NCBI GenBank assembly: GCA_951406725.2
Contig: OX597818.1
Coordinates: 100,316,001 to 100,380,000, forward strand
Length of the DNA: 64,000 bases
Source of the DNA: Octopus vulgaris
Lineage: Eukaryota
Direction: 5' to 3'
Position 1 is the first letter of the stretch, and each line of letters begins with the position of its first letter. A program made the translations under genes and the position numbers. This document shows, one piece after another, positions 1 through 11,309 of this stretch. The notes below the pieces were generated by a model. The model saw only the letters and a program-made list of their open reading frames with translations. It made no database searches and was not told the origin of the DNA.

Positions 1-1067
1 TTTTGCATGCTGATAGTATAAAGCTTGAAACTTTCCAGCATTGAACTGCATGCTATTCTTTTCAGCCCACTTGTATATTTCGTCCAGCTCACATTGCAGG
101 TGTTTAGTGTTTTGTATCATCTGCATAACTTGTGATCGTGGCTCTCTGCATGGCTGAGGGCATGTCTGAGAGGGCCATTATGAACAGTAGTGGTCCCAGA
201 ACAGTGCCCTGCGGAACACCGCTCACTATTTGTGTGTTAATGGAGGTGGCCCCATTGGCTACTACCACCTGACTTCTATCCTTCAGAAAGTCATGAAGCC
301 ATTCTCCCAGTTTTCCAACTATGTTGAGATCACGCAGTTTGTGACATATCATTCCATGATCGAGTTTATCAAAGGCCTTTGCAAAGTCGAGATATATCAC
401 TTCCACATTTGAGTGGTTGAGCAGCCGTTTCAGCACCCAGTCATAGTGTTGTAGGAGCTGAGTTAAACAGCTTCTCCCTGGTCGGAAACCATGTTGGGTG
501 TCGGGCAGCAAGTCATTCTCTTCAAGGAAGGTGATCAGCTTCCTTCTGACTATTCGTTCCATGACCTTGCTGATGTGTGAGGTCAGAGAGATAGGTCTAT
601 AGTTCTTGGCTTCCGCTCTGCTACCTCCTTTATGAATGGGGCATATTTTACCTTCCTTCAGTTTTCCTGGAAGTTTGCCAGCTGCAAGGAAGCTCTGAAA
701 GAGGAACTGCAGTGGTCTTGCTAGGACTCTCTTACATGCTTTTAGGAGGATTGCCGGGAATCCATCGGGGCCAGTAGCTGAGGCTGTTTTCATTTCATCT
801 ATAGCCTTGGTTACATCGTCTTCCTTTATATCGATGTAATCTATCGTCGCCGCCTCTGATTTTATATCTGCAGTGGTAAAAAAGTCAGTTGGATTGGTGA
901 TTTGGAGATGCCCAAGGGGTGGAGTGAAAACACTCTTGAATTGCTCATTCAGTATTTCACTTACCCTCATTGGTTTTCCTGTAAGTGTGCCATCCTTTTC
1001 GAGGAGTGGCCCTATTCTACAGTGCACTGTAGCTGTTTCTTTGGCATACCTGTAGAAAGCTCTGGGG
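1..1067 (-). pseudogene. LINE ORF2 reverse transcriptase domain, disrupted after YADD
   Basis: ORF 104-1027 ends YADDTKH*; another frame resumes HLQCELDEIYKWAEKNSMQFNAGKFQ, indicating a deletion/frameshift at ~105. Confidence 0.9.
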
Positions 1068-2318
1068 TTAGATTTTGTTTTCTATAGCCCAGGCTTCTTT
1101 GTCTGCTCTTTCTTTTTCATGGGAGAGTTGCAGACATTTTTCGATTTCCAACAGTTTTATTTTTAGGCGGGACTTTTCACTGCTTTCAATCTGTTTGTTT
1201 AGGCGATTTGAAAATTTCGTACGCCGTCTCATTAAAATTTTCCTCTCTCTGGGGATTTTGTTCTTGTGTACAGTGGCCTTTCTCTCTGGGACACATTTGT
1301 AGCATATGGCTTGCATTACAGACATGAATTGTTGAAGTTTCACGTCGATGTCTGGCGAGGAGAGACATTTAGGCCAGTTTTGTTTGAGGATCTCTTGCTC
1401 AATTTGTTTCCAGTTTGCCTTATGGTAGTTCAAGCTGGAAAGATTTTGAGGGTTTCTTGTAGGCTGCATGTCCGTGCTCTCCTTTGGCCCGTACATGGTC
1501 AGCTCTATCATGTTGTGATCCGAGAGTAGTGTCGGTGTCACTTTCACATTATGGATGAGATCCATGTCATTTGTGAAGCAGAGATCCAGTGTGTTACCTG
1601 CCCTGGTTGGTTGGAGTATTACCTGCTCCATGTACAGGGTGTTGATGAGGTTCAGGAGGGACCTCGCCTGTCCTCGTTCACATCTTGTCATTCCTGGGAG
1701 AGAAAGGCCCTCGGGCCATCTGACATTGGGCAGATTGAAGTCTCCCATAAGAAGCACACCTATGTGTTGTTCTAATGTGGTTAGAATTTCTTCTATTTTT
1801 ATAAGGCAGTCTTCAAACTTGCCCACATGGCTTGGGGCATCTGGAGGGCGATATGTAGCACACACAACTACATCAAGTTGCCTAATATGTACAATTAGTG
1901 TGTCACACACCGAGTTTGAGTATGACAAGAGGACCTGGGGTGTGAGGTCCTCACGGATGTACATAGCAACACCTCCATGACTCCTTTCTTTCCTGTCGGT
2001 CCGTAGTACAGCATACTGTGGTATGTGTAACTCTGCATCTGCTATGTCCGGTTTCAGGTGCGTTTCTGTAAGTGCTATGCATAAGGCTTGATTGCATGCA
2101 ACAAAGTCTCTCAGGAACGGGATCTTTGTCCTGTTACTGAGTGTTTGCAGTCCTCTGATGTTCAGTAGGAGTATCGAGGTGAGGTGTACGTTGTTGCCGG
2201 CGGTGTCCATCCTGTGTCTGTTTGCTGTGGTGGTCTGGTATATAGTGGGTAGTCCCACCTGCGGGCTTGGGTTTGATGAAGCCAGGTCAGCTGCTGTACA
2301 ATCTTTTGTACCATGCAC
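1068..2318 (-). pseudogene. LINE ORF2 N-terminal part: AP endonuclease plus linker, ended by a frameshift
   Basis: ORF ends AIENKI*; a shifted frame continues KSNPRAFYRYAK, typical of CR1 ORF2, implying a small indel near 1075. Confidence 0.9.
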
Positions 2319-2740
2319 AAAAAAGATTGTTGCTCAGCAGCTGCTCTTTCGACAACATCATGTTGGCTGTTTGTGGCGCGCACAACATCTGCGTACCTCC
2401 GCTTTGGGGCAGGTGGTGCGTGGTCCATCCCTTTTCTTTGTGTTGAAGGTTTGTCCATCTGCCTCGTGTCTCTGTGGCAGGGTCCCCGATGTGCAAAGCG
2501 GCAGCCTGCACCTTCCTTTCCATGCCAGCAGGAACCTCTCAGGTAGAACATACACACCCGTGTGCGCTGTTTGGTTCCATCCTTTGCGGTTCCACTTCTA
2601 TTCCTGGTTGTTTCACTCTTTGGTCCTGCTTGAGCTTTTTCTTTTCCTTTAGCTCTTCCAGTCCTTCTTTTAGTTCTTCTTCCTCCCTCTACCTCTTCAA
2701 CGGGTTCTCCGTCTCCATGGCCGTTGCTGCCGGTTGGAGA
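2162..2740 (-). CDS. LINE ORF1 (partial) with basic region and CCCH-type zinc finger
   Basis: The frame is open upstream of the annotated ORF (GRRTKRRTGRAKGKEK...) into CMFYLRGSCWHGKEGAGCRFAH (C-x7-C-x8-C-x3-H) and YADVV. Confidence 0.65.
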   Translation of the reverse strand, partial: SPTGSNGHGDGEPVEEVEGGRRTKRRTGRAKGKEKAQAGPKSETTRNRSGTAKDGTKQRTRVCMFYLRGSCWHGKEGAGCRFAHRGPCHRDTRQMDKPSTQRKGMDHAPPAPKRRYADVVRATNSQHDVVERAAAEQQSFLCMVQKIVQQLTWLHQTQARRWDYPLYTRPPQQTDTGWTPPATTYTSPRYSY

Positions 2741-3466
2741 ACTTATTTATATATGTATATATATATATATACTGATACAGTATATGAGATTGTATTAATA
2801 TCTATGAGTATATGCGGATGTGCGTGTGAGTGAGGGTGTTAGTACATAGACACTGCGGCCTGTACTGATTTCTCTATAAACCATGCGATGACAGACATAC
2901 ACTCTGCAATCTAGTGAATGTGTAGCGATGTGTCGGGGTTTATTCATGTGTGTGTGGGTTTTTATATGGTTGTGTGGGTTTAGGGTTGGATGAGGATGTG
3001 TATGTTTTTCTTGTGCGGTGTGGGGGCGGCTCTCAACGGACCAACCATGAGGAAGACAATGATAATTTAAATTCAAATCCAATAGTGTATTTATGTCATA
3101 TGGAAAATTACTAAATGGAACCCGGACATACATATGTGCGAGTTTGGATCCTAATGTAAGCGATATTAATAATATTATGAATGATAATGATGGTAGCATT
3201 AATGGTATTGACAATGATAACGATGTTAACTTTAATGACACTTTAGAAATTAGTAGGAAGTAATATAATTTACTATTGACTATGTTTATTTGCATCTAGG
3301 TACTAATATGTGTATGTTTATTATCACAATATTAAGTTGAAAAACTGAAACGTTGGATGTGGAACATATATATGTTTGCTAATTTATATTATATATTTAC
3401 ATTATTATGTATATGTATATTTTCATATGTATAGGTGTGTGAGTATATGCACTCATATGTATATGT

Positions 3467-3597
3467 ATATCTCCGAAGAGGCCTTATGATACTTTTGTAA
3501 ATGTCTCATTTATATCCATATATTGACCTACCATACAAGGCTAATATTTGTAAAATGAGACATACTTATCTACATGGCCGAAACAGCTGTAAGATGT
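3467..3597 (+). ncRNA. Type I hammerhead ribozyme-like motif with long stem II insertion
   Basis: ATATCT-CCGAAGA-GGCC...(~92 nt with internal ATGTCTCATTT/AAATGAGACAT repeat)...GGCC-GAAAC-AGCT-GTA-AGATGT; stem I pairs; palindromic stem III ACAGCTGT. Confidence 0.65.
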
Positions 3598-3844
3598 AAT
3601 CTATACTTATATTTATATTAACTTATATTTATATTCTTTTTTTTATATATATCGTACTTATTATACCACATTACTCTTTTATGTACACTTTTTTATGTAC
3701 ATCCCTTCATGTACACTGATTTGTTCTGCTTTTTTTATGTTTAACCCTACAGTGTCTTATGTGGTGGTTTAATAAAGAATGTGATTGAGTATTATCTGAT
3801 AATTGATATTTGATTTAGATGTATTTCTCCATTTTCTTATGTTG

Positions 3845-3847
3845 TAC

Positions 3848-3878
<31 letters not shown>

Positions 3879-4031
3879 TATGTACATATATATATACATA
3901 TACATATATATATACATATATATATATATACATATATGTACATGTATACATATATATATACATATATATACATATACATATATATACATATACATATATA
4001 TAAATATATATATATACATATATATATATAC

Positions 4032-4096
<65 letters not shown>

Positions 4097-4098
4097 TA
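3845..4098. repeat. (TA)n/(TACA)n microsatellite
   Basis: Seen directly. Confidence 0.97.
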
Positions 4099-4514
4099 CG
4101 TGAATGTTCATATTGCCTGAATTGTTTTGACTTAAATATTTAAAACGTTTCCAGGCGCTCAAACACAGCCGTTTGTATAAAATATACAGAATATAGCACT
4201 GATTTTGAGGTAGGAAAAAAAAGAAAAAATATGAAAGCAACTGTTCTGTTATTATCCCTTGTAAGAGAATGCACTGATAGACCTCTTATATCACAGCGTA
4301 TATCATATATGAATTAAAAAGAGATTTTTAAGTACAAATTATTTAAGAAAACTATTAGTGCAGCGAAATACAGGAAGGAACATACATCTGTTGTCTTCTT
4401 TCCTGGGTGCTGTACTTAGAAGAAATATGTTGCTATGTATGTACATAACATATACAAACAACTGTATATATGTATGTATGTATGTAACCGTGTATGTGTG
4501 TATGTATGTATGTA

Positions 4515-4558
<44 letters not shown>

Positions 4559-4798
4559 TAAATATCATGTACATATATATATATGTGATGTAGTGATAAC
4601 ACAGAGCTCTTGGCTTAAATACCTGATGTTCCGCGATAATTACATGATAATGAATAAATATACGTGGAACAACTCACCCCAGTACAGAGACACTCAAAAG
4701 TGTGGTTACACAAATGCACACACTCACGTACAAATACTCTAATAGATAAGCACAGGAACATTCCAAACCATGCCTATGCAACCACGCTGAGACGCAAA

Positions 4799-5340
4799 TA
4801 CGTGGTCTGATCAATAAGTATACAGCCTGTTGCCATAATGACGAAGCTAAAGCATGCAGAGTTAAGCTCCTTGGCACAAACTGACCTTGCTCTCTGTTGT
4901 GCATGCGCACTAAGTTTTACCATTCTAGCTTGCTTCCGCAGTTTACAGCAGTTCTTGGAAGGAAGAGGCATAGCGTGAGAACGTCGCATTGAATATGACA
5001 GAGAAAATTGAGCAGAGGATCTGCATCAAGTTTTGACACAAGCTTGGCAAAAGCTGCTCAGAGGCATACGCAAAGTTTTCAAAAGGTTTTCATCTTTCAC
5101 GACACAATCAACGAGATCTTCTGCAACTGAAACTCGAATGATTTTTTTGCCAGCTGAAAGCAGTTTTGACACAAAACTTCGCAGACATGCGTCTCATACC
5201 CAAACCTTCAATGATAATGAACTGAAGCGAGCCGTAACTAATCTGCACATCATCTGATAACTCATGGATGATGATTCGACGATTTCACCTCCCAATGGCA
5301 CGTACATATGCGATGTTTTCTCAGTTCCGGTAGTTGTAGA
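4799..5340 (+). mobile_element. Degenerate mariner transposon remnant
   Basis: TIR-like TACGTGGTCTGATCAATAAGTA at 4799; MTEKIEQRICIKF..KLG from ~4995 resembles a mariner transposase N-terminus. Confidence 0.6.
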
Positions 5341-5489
5341 TCTAACCAACTAACTATTGTTTCGCATGTTTAATGTGTTAGCTAAACACTCAGTTTTTTG
5401 TTTGCTTGGCAGAGTCGTTTCGTAGCTATTCGTGACCAGCTCAATGACATGAGATGGATGCATTACTGTCCATTATATATCCTGTCGAA

Positions 5490-5777
5490 CATTATGTAGT
5501 GCATCCTTGGAATATATGTAGAATTCAAGATGTAACTGGTTTAACTACATCCCGAGAGTTCGTTCCTTATTCAGTTCAACCGAGGGCATTTGTCCACACT
5601 CGCCTGGATCACTGCTTCGAACTGTGATCGCCGCAGAGCGACAAACTAGTGGCGGAACGCAAAGAAATCCAGCGCCACTACACAAAGAAGATTGACTCGG
5701 TAAAACAGATGAGTTACAAGAGAGGCTACAAGAACTGAAGCTCTACTCTGTGGAGAGAAGGCGGGAAAAGAATGCAA

Positions 5778-5828
<51 letters not shown>

Positions 5829-6200
5829 CATATACATAATCCTTGAAAGTCTAGCTCCCAACTTTGTAATTAAAAATTATACGAACCATCGAAATGGACG
5901 GCCTTGCCAAATGTACCGTCTTCTTCATCTGAGATAGGGATCTAGTATTGCAAACATATCTTGGGGTTCAGGGAACCACAACTATTTAAGATCCTGCCAA
6001 GGAAACTAAGAGATCTGCAAGGGGTAGATGTGGAAACGTTCAAAAAGTGCCTAGGTAAATTTCTATCTGAAATCCCAGATGAGCCCACATTAAGGCAGGA
6101 GGCAGAAAGAAGAGCAGCTTCGTTTCGTCCAACTTCCTTCTTCACCAAAATCACCAACGTAGACAGACGCCAAATTGCTGAAAGGCAGTACTCCTTCATG
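5490..6200 (+). mobile_element. CR1-group LINE 3' ORF2 fragment, degenerate
   Basis: ERLQELKLYSVERRRE (~5720-5770) and GFREPQLFKILPRKLRDLQGVDVETFKKCLGKFLSEIPDEP; interrupted by (TA)n at ~5780-5835. Confidence 0.8.
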
Positions 6201-6249
6201 GCACCAACTTCTGGCTAAATCCAGGAAAAGTATAAAGGAATAAAAGAAT

Positions 6250-6347
<98 letters not shown>

Positions 6348-6365
6348 TGTGTGTGTGTGTCTGTA
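6250..6365. repeat. (TA)n(TG)n compound microsatellite
   Basis: Seen directly. Confidence 0.97.
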
Positions 6366-7013
6366 TTTACGTGTGTACGGAAATTTTTATCTGGGGCCTT
6401 GAGTATCATTCTACTTCGTTCATCAGATAAAAGCTCGCCACTCTTTTCATTTAAAACACTTTTACAGCTAGGCATTTACCACAACAGAAATTTAGATGAG
6501 TGACATTGCAAATTAGAAGAGGTATTATCTGTAAGGGTTTAGAAAATAGTACTTTCTATTCAGTATTCAGATCAAGCACGCTTGAGATAACACACTTGTA
6601 TGGAATTTATTCACAGAAAACTGATTCCATTGAAGTCCCTAACACATCCATAAATCACCTTTGATGCACATGATAATTATTCAAAGACCTTTGATGCAAT
6701 TGTAGAAATTCATTGTAGGTAATACTTTAAGGTTCTTCCAAGCCTGCCATAGTTCTAGGTTATGCACTTTGAATATCAGTGAATACAATTTGCAGTAAAA
6801 GTGTTCTAGGTATACATAAGCAATTCACTTGCTAATCATTAATGCCATTACAGACCTTGTGGGCAACCAGGTATTAAATATTCATTCTTTACATGACGCT
6901 AAAGATATCTCTAATCCTAATCCGCACAAAGGCAAACTACAGAGGCCTATAACCAGATGATCAAGAAAGGGAGAGAGAAAGAGACAGACAGACAGACAGA
7001 TAGACAGCTAGAC

Positions 7014-7065
<52 letters not shown>

Positions 7066-7067
7066 AT

Positions 7068-7330
7068 CAGGTGTGGGTGTGTGGTAAGCAGCATGCTTCC
7101 GAACCACATGGTTCCGGGTTCAGTCCCACTACGTGGCATCTTCGGCAAGTGTCTTCTATTATGTCCTCGGGCTCACGAAAGCCTTGTGAGTGGATTTGGT
7201 TGACGAAAACTGAAAGAGCGTGTGGTATATATATATATATAAATATTTATTTAAATTTATATGTGTGTGTGAGTGTGTGTATGTGTGAGTTTGATTGTCT
7301 TGACGAACCGGTGCTGGTTTGTTTATGTTC
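7068..7330 (+). mobile_element. SINE family B (tRNA-derived, internal TA/TG microsatellite), partial and diverged
   Basis: Similar to copies at 30532, 38371, 49698 (GTGTGGTAAG...GGTTCCGGGTTCAGTCCCACT...GGCAAGTGTCTTCTA). Confidence 0.8.
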
Positions 7331-7449
7331 CCATTCATGTGCCTATGGGCCATTAAATTGCCCTAGAACACCAGGTAATTAACAACAACAACAGCAATAA
7401 TAATAATAATAATAATGATAATAATCATAATATTTATTATTTTCTTTAC

Positions 7450-7640
7450 GATTTGTAGTTGCGCTAACACCCATAACAATGTGTTATGGATGTGGGAAGA
7501 AAGGTCCGTCATTGAACCACCTTCTGTTTATGGATGATCTGAAATTGTTTGGAAAATTTGAAAAACTGATAGATTCTTGAAGCCAAAACGGTCCAGACGT
7601 GTGGCATGGACATCGGCATGGAATTTGGGATTAAAAAAAA
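7450..7640 (+). mobile_element. R4/Dong-type LINE RT fragment
   Basis: GPSLNHLLFMDDLKLFG...IGMEFGIKK matches HLLYMDDLKLY of the 55-57 kb element; preceded by (AAT)n. Confidence 0.75.
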
Positions 7641-7680
7641 ATACAAATAAGTATATGAGGGGAAATTTTATAATTATCAG

Positions 7681-7964
7681 CATAATTATAATTAGGGTTC
7701 AGCCAAAATTACATCACCACATACCGAAATACTATACTGAAGACAGAAATAAGTGAGTAAAAATGATATTTTACATTTCTTTAATCCAGAAACGCGTATA
7801 TAGTTGATCAAAGCCAGGTGGATTCGTTATTTTCTATTTGCCTGCGCGAGTTGGGAGTATTGCTGTCTGGGATATATCTTACGGTAGTGGGATAGTATTT
7901 AATTGCTATTTCTAAATTTCGGTATGTGGTGAGGCAACTTTGCTGAACCCTAATTATAATTATG
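7681..7964 (+). mobile_element. Non-autonomous element with ~50-bp terminal inverted repeats and internal hammerhead motif (7731-7804)
   Basis: CATAATTATAATTAGGGTTCAGC...CACCACATACCGAAAT (7681-7730) is the reverse complement of 7916-7964; HHR ACTATA-CTGAAGA...GAAAC-GC-GTA-TATAGT. Confidence 0.75.
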
Positions 7965-8126
7965 CTTATAATTATAAAACTTATATATATATATATATAT
8001 TTGTTCTTTGTAGTCCAACGATCTCCGATAAAGACGTAGGTTGTGGTCTCAGTAGACAGTGGTGGGAACACATGTAGCTCCGCAGTTGAAACCTGGAAGC
8101 ATGCACGCACACACACACATACACAC

Positions 8127-8161
<35 letters not shown>

Positions 8162-8677
8162 TGTATATACATGCATGTTAAGTGCATGCAAAAGAAAGGT
8201 AACAAAAATCTGAAACGTCAGATCAGCTTTGTATCTTTTACCGCAATTGGAAGCACTAACACACCGCGTATAATATAACCTATGCTTAAATCCTTTCAAA
8301 GATCTTCAGCGTCCACAACATCAAACACAGGCACTTACACAAACCCCTTCATATTCACACACACATAAACACATGTGCGCACGTAGGGATCGTTCCCTAC
8401 GTGCGCCCATGTGAGGGTTCTTAAAGTAAATTTCATTAGAATTGTGGTAATTGGCAGCCTGCCAATATGGCGTAGATCTAAAAGGAACTTAGACCTGTTG
8501 TCCCCTTTCCGAGATTGCACATACAGGCAGTTATATACGCTTGTATGAATGCATACATACACACATGGGCAAACACCTCCATACGCCTTCATACTTTGAC
8601 ACATACACACGTACGCACACATATTAGACCATTTTGGATTGCCTTGATAACGTTATGTTACGATATCTTTTAGGATA

Positions 8678-8780
8678 TATTGAGTTGTCCGGAAAGTTCG
8701 TGCCGATTTATAGCAGCTTACATTTCGACTTTTTTTAGAACATGGTTGAGTGCATAAAATAGGATTTGACTACATCTCTC
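8678..8780 (+). mobile_element. Mariner-like terminal fragment
   Basis: TATTGAGTTGTCCGGAAAGTTCGTGCCGATTT resembles a mariner TIR. Confidence 0.45.
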
Positions 8781-8793
8781 AAATTTAAAATTT

Positions 8794-9040
8794 GAAATAC
8801 TGTACTGATTAAGGGAATGAGTGAGTAGAAATATGATTTTACATCTCTCTAAACCCGAAACGCGTATACAGTTAATCAGAGCCGGGTGGATTCGTTATTT
8901 TTTCTCTTTTTAGCTGCGTGAGTTGTTGAGTATTGCTGTCTGGTAGATATCTTATGGTAGTTGAATAGTATTTTAACTGCTATTTCTAAATTTCGGTATG
9001 TGGTGAAGCAAATTTTGCTGAACCCTAATTATAATTATGC
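8794..9040 (+). mobile_element. Second copy of the TIR/hammerhead element, left TIR missing; HHR at 8799-8872
   Basis: Colinear similarity with 7726-7964; ACTGTA-CTGATTA-AGGG...CCC-GAAAC-GC-GTA-TACAGT. Confidence 0.75.
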
Positions 9041-9974
9041 TCATAATCTAGAATTTTTGCATAAGTTTACCGATACTAGGTCTTTTAACATACCGAAGTA
9101 CTTGGTAAATATTATTAATTGATTAATTAATTTGACCCTTTATTATTATTGATAATATATACATGTAAACATATATATATATATATAAACAAACAAGCAT
9201 TAAAAATGGCCGAAAAAGCTCTGGTGTTCCTCTCGCCGCAGCAGTGATAAATTTGCGTCTCTGGCATTTATTGTGTTTTGAATACAGTAAGTCTAGAGAG
9301 ATATTATCTCAGGACAAATACTGCAGTAAATGACCGCACAACAACTATTCTTCATGTACAATATAGTGATAGCCATGCATTTATATACTAGTGTGTTTTT
9401 AGAGAGGTGCATTGCGTATATATATTAATATTAACGTACGAACACGTATGCATATATACACATACGTGTATACATGTATACAGACTCACATGCACGCACA
9501 CAAATAAATAAATATGTGTATGTGTATTATGCTTGATCAGTTATGTAATGGCAGAGATGAATAACGTGTGCATTGCCTATGATCACCTATGATACTTTTG
9601 CTGTAAATTGTATTCACTGATATTCAAAGTTCATAATCTAGGACTACGATAAGCTGTGAAGAACCCTTAAGTATTACATTGAAGGATTTCTGGAATTACA
9701 ATAAAATACGTTACATCATTATCATGAATATCAGAGGTGAATTATGAATTTACTTAATGTACTTTAAGGGCATCCATTAGCAATGAAGGAATTCCATTTG
9801 CCGGTATAATCTGAAGTTTAATTTGAAACTGAAAGGGAAGCATTTTGGAAGTCCTTAAATATTAATGCCTTTTCTAAATTGCAATATGTGGATTGTGGTA
9901 TATTGCTAGGTTCATGTGATTTGTTCAGCGTGTCAATAAAAAAGGGTAGGTTTGTTGATATTGTTAATTATTGA

Positions 9975-11290
9975 GGAAAATGGAGAAAACGCCAGCGAGC
10001 GGCCCGGCCACAGTTATGCGGCAGCAACTGGAAAAGGAGTTGAAGATAAAACGTTGGAGACATTCGAAATCAAGGTCGAACCTAGAAAAATGAAGGCATG
10101 CGAAAAGTTGCTGGAGAAAGGAGGGCGAGACGTTAAAGCTGACACCACCTGCAGAGCTGACAAACAGCATAACGAAGCGAAAAGTCACGTATAAAACTAT
10201 GAGAATTGCAACAAGAAAGATAGAGATTGCGACAGTGGAAGAGATAGAAGTATTGAAAAATATTAAAAAGTTAACAACTTTTATAACAAGAGGAAGGAAG
10301 TATGTCACCGTGGATGTGCGCTTCACGTCAGAAGAAGAGGCAATCAAACACGCAACAGAGGCAATAAGATCGGAAGAGTGGATACTTTTGCCGTCGTACT
10401 GCGGCAAACGTGTAACCAGAGTACAAGTTGGCCAAGTGCCCCCAGAACTAGAAGAGGCGTGACTCATGACAGCCATAATGTTCAATATGAAAGATGGGGG
10501 CGAAATATTAAAGGCCACAAGAACCAATAAGCTACAAGTAAAAATACCAGTTGCTCCGGTAGAAAAGGATTCGGAAATTCAGCGAAACTGTTTACAGTAG
10601 AGGAGGAAAAGAGAGAACAGTAAAGCCAAAATAAAGTAACGAAAATAAAAGGAAATGGTGTATGGTATTACGTAACCTACCCGAAAATATTGAAAGAGAG
10701 AAGAAAATACTCAAGTTGAACCAAATAGTAAGAGTAAAGATACCAGCATACATATATGGAGAGGATATGGAGGCTATAGTGATTGAAGAGAAAAGTTATA
10801 AGAGACTGAAAGAAATGTGTGGAGATAATACTGACCCACCAGGAGTAAAGGTGGAATTCAAAGAATTGCCACCAGTAGTAGATTTAGTAGAAATCGAACC
10901 GCTAATGAAATATTACTAAAAAATAAATATGTCAAATCGACAGGAAACAAAAAAGAAAACGGCGGAAAAAAAGGAAAAAGTAAGAGTAAGTGTTTTATGT
11001 TATGACTAAAAAATATTGAAAAAGAGAAGAACAATTTTAGAGAACGTATAACGGTTCAAATAATTGTAATGGTAGACGATAATTAATTGTTATGTAAATA
11101 CATGATAAAAATGGACAGTTTAAAAATATTAATGGTAATGCATGAGATGAGGGGCGCATACAGCCATTCATAACCCCATTATTGTATAATTATCTCATCA
11201 TATTCGTTTTATGTATTGTCCCCTCTGTGGTGTCCTGTCTGTCCTTGTTTGTCCTCCTCTACGTTTGGGCTCTTGTGGCTAATAAAGAAA
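9975..11290 (+). mobile_element. Degenerate Tx1/L1-like LINE remnant (ORF1 pieces and 3' tail)
   Basis: SYAAA motif and RRM-like ORF1 segment (VDVRFTSEEEA...YCGKRVTRVQVGQVPPEL); ends with GTCTGTCCTTGTTTGTCC...TGTGGCTAATAAAGAAA. Clade assignment is tentative. Confidence 0.5.
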
Positions 11291-11309
11291 CCGAGCGTGA
11301 CTGTAAACT

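Larger units (their letters stand above)
1..2742 (-). mobile_element. CR1-group non-LTR retrotransposon (ORF1 + APE-RT ORF2), disrupted; continues past window start
   Basis: Minus-strand translation has APE motifs (LNIRGL, LTETHL, GGVAMY, YRPP, GDFNLP, LDLCFT, SDHN) and RT motifs (GPDG, YRPISLTS, QHGFR, YLDFAKAFD, GVPQGTVLGPLLF, YADD). The 5' end abuts a (TA)n tract at ~2745-2770. Confidence 0.93.

Noticed and set aside
3769-4240. [12 protein letters not shown]-type ORFs here and throughout the window
   Set aside because: Microsatellite translations, not genes.
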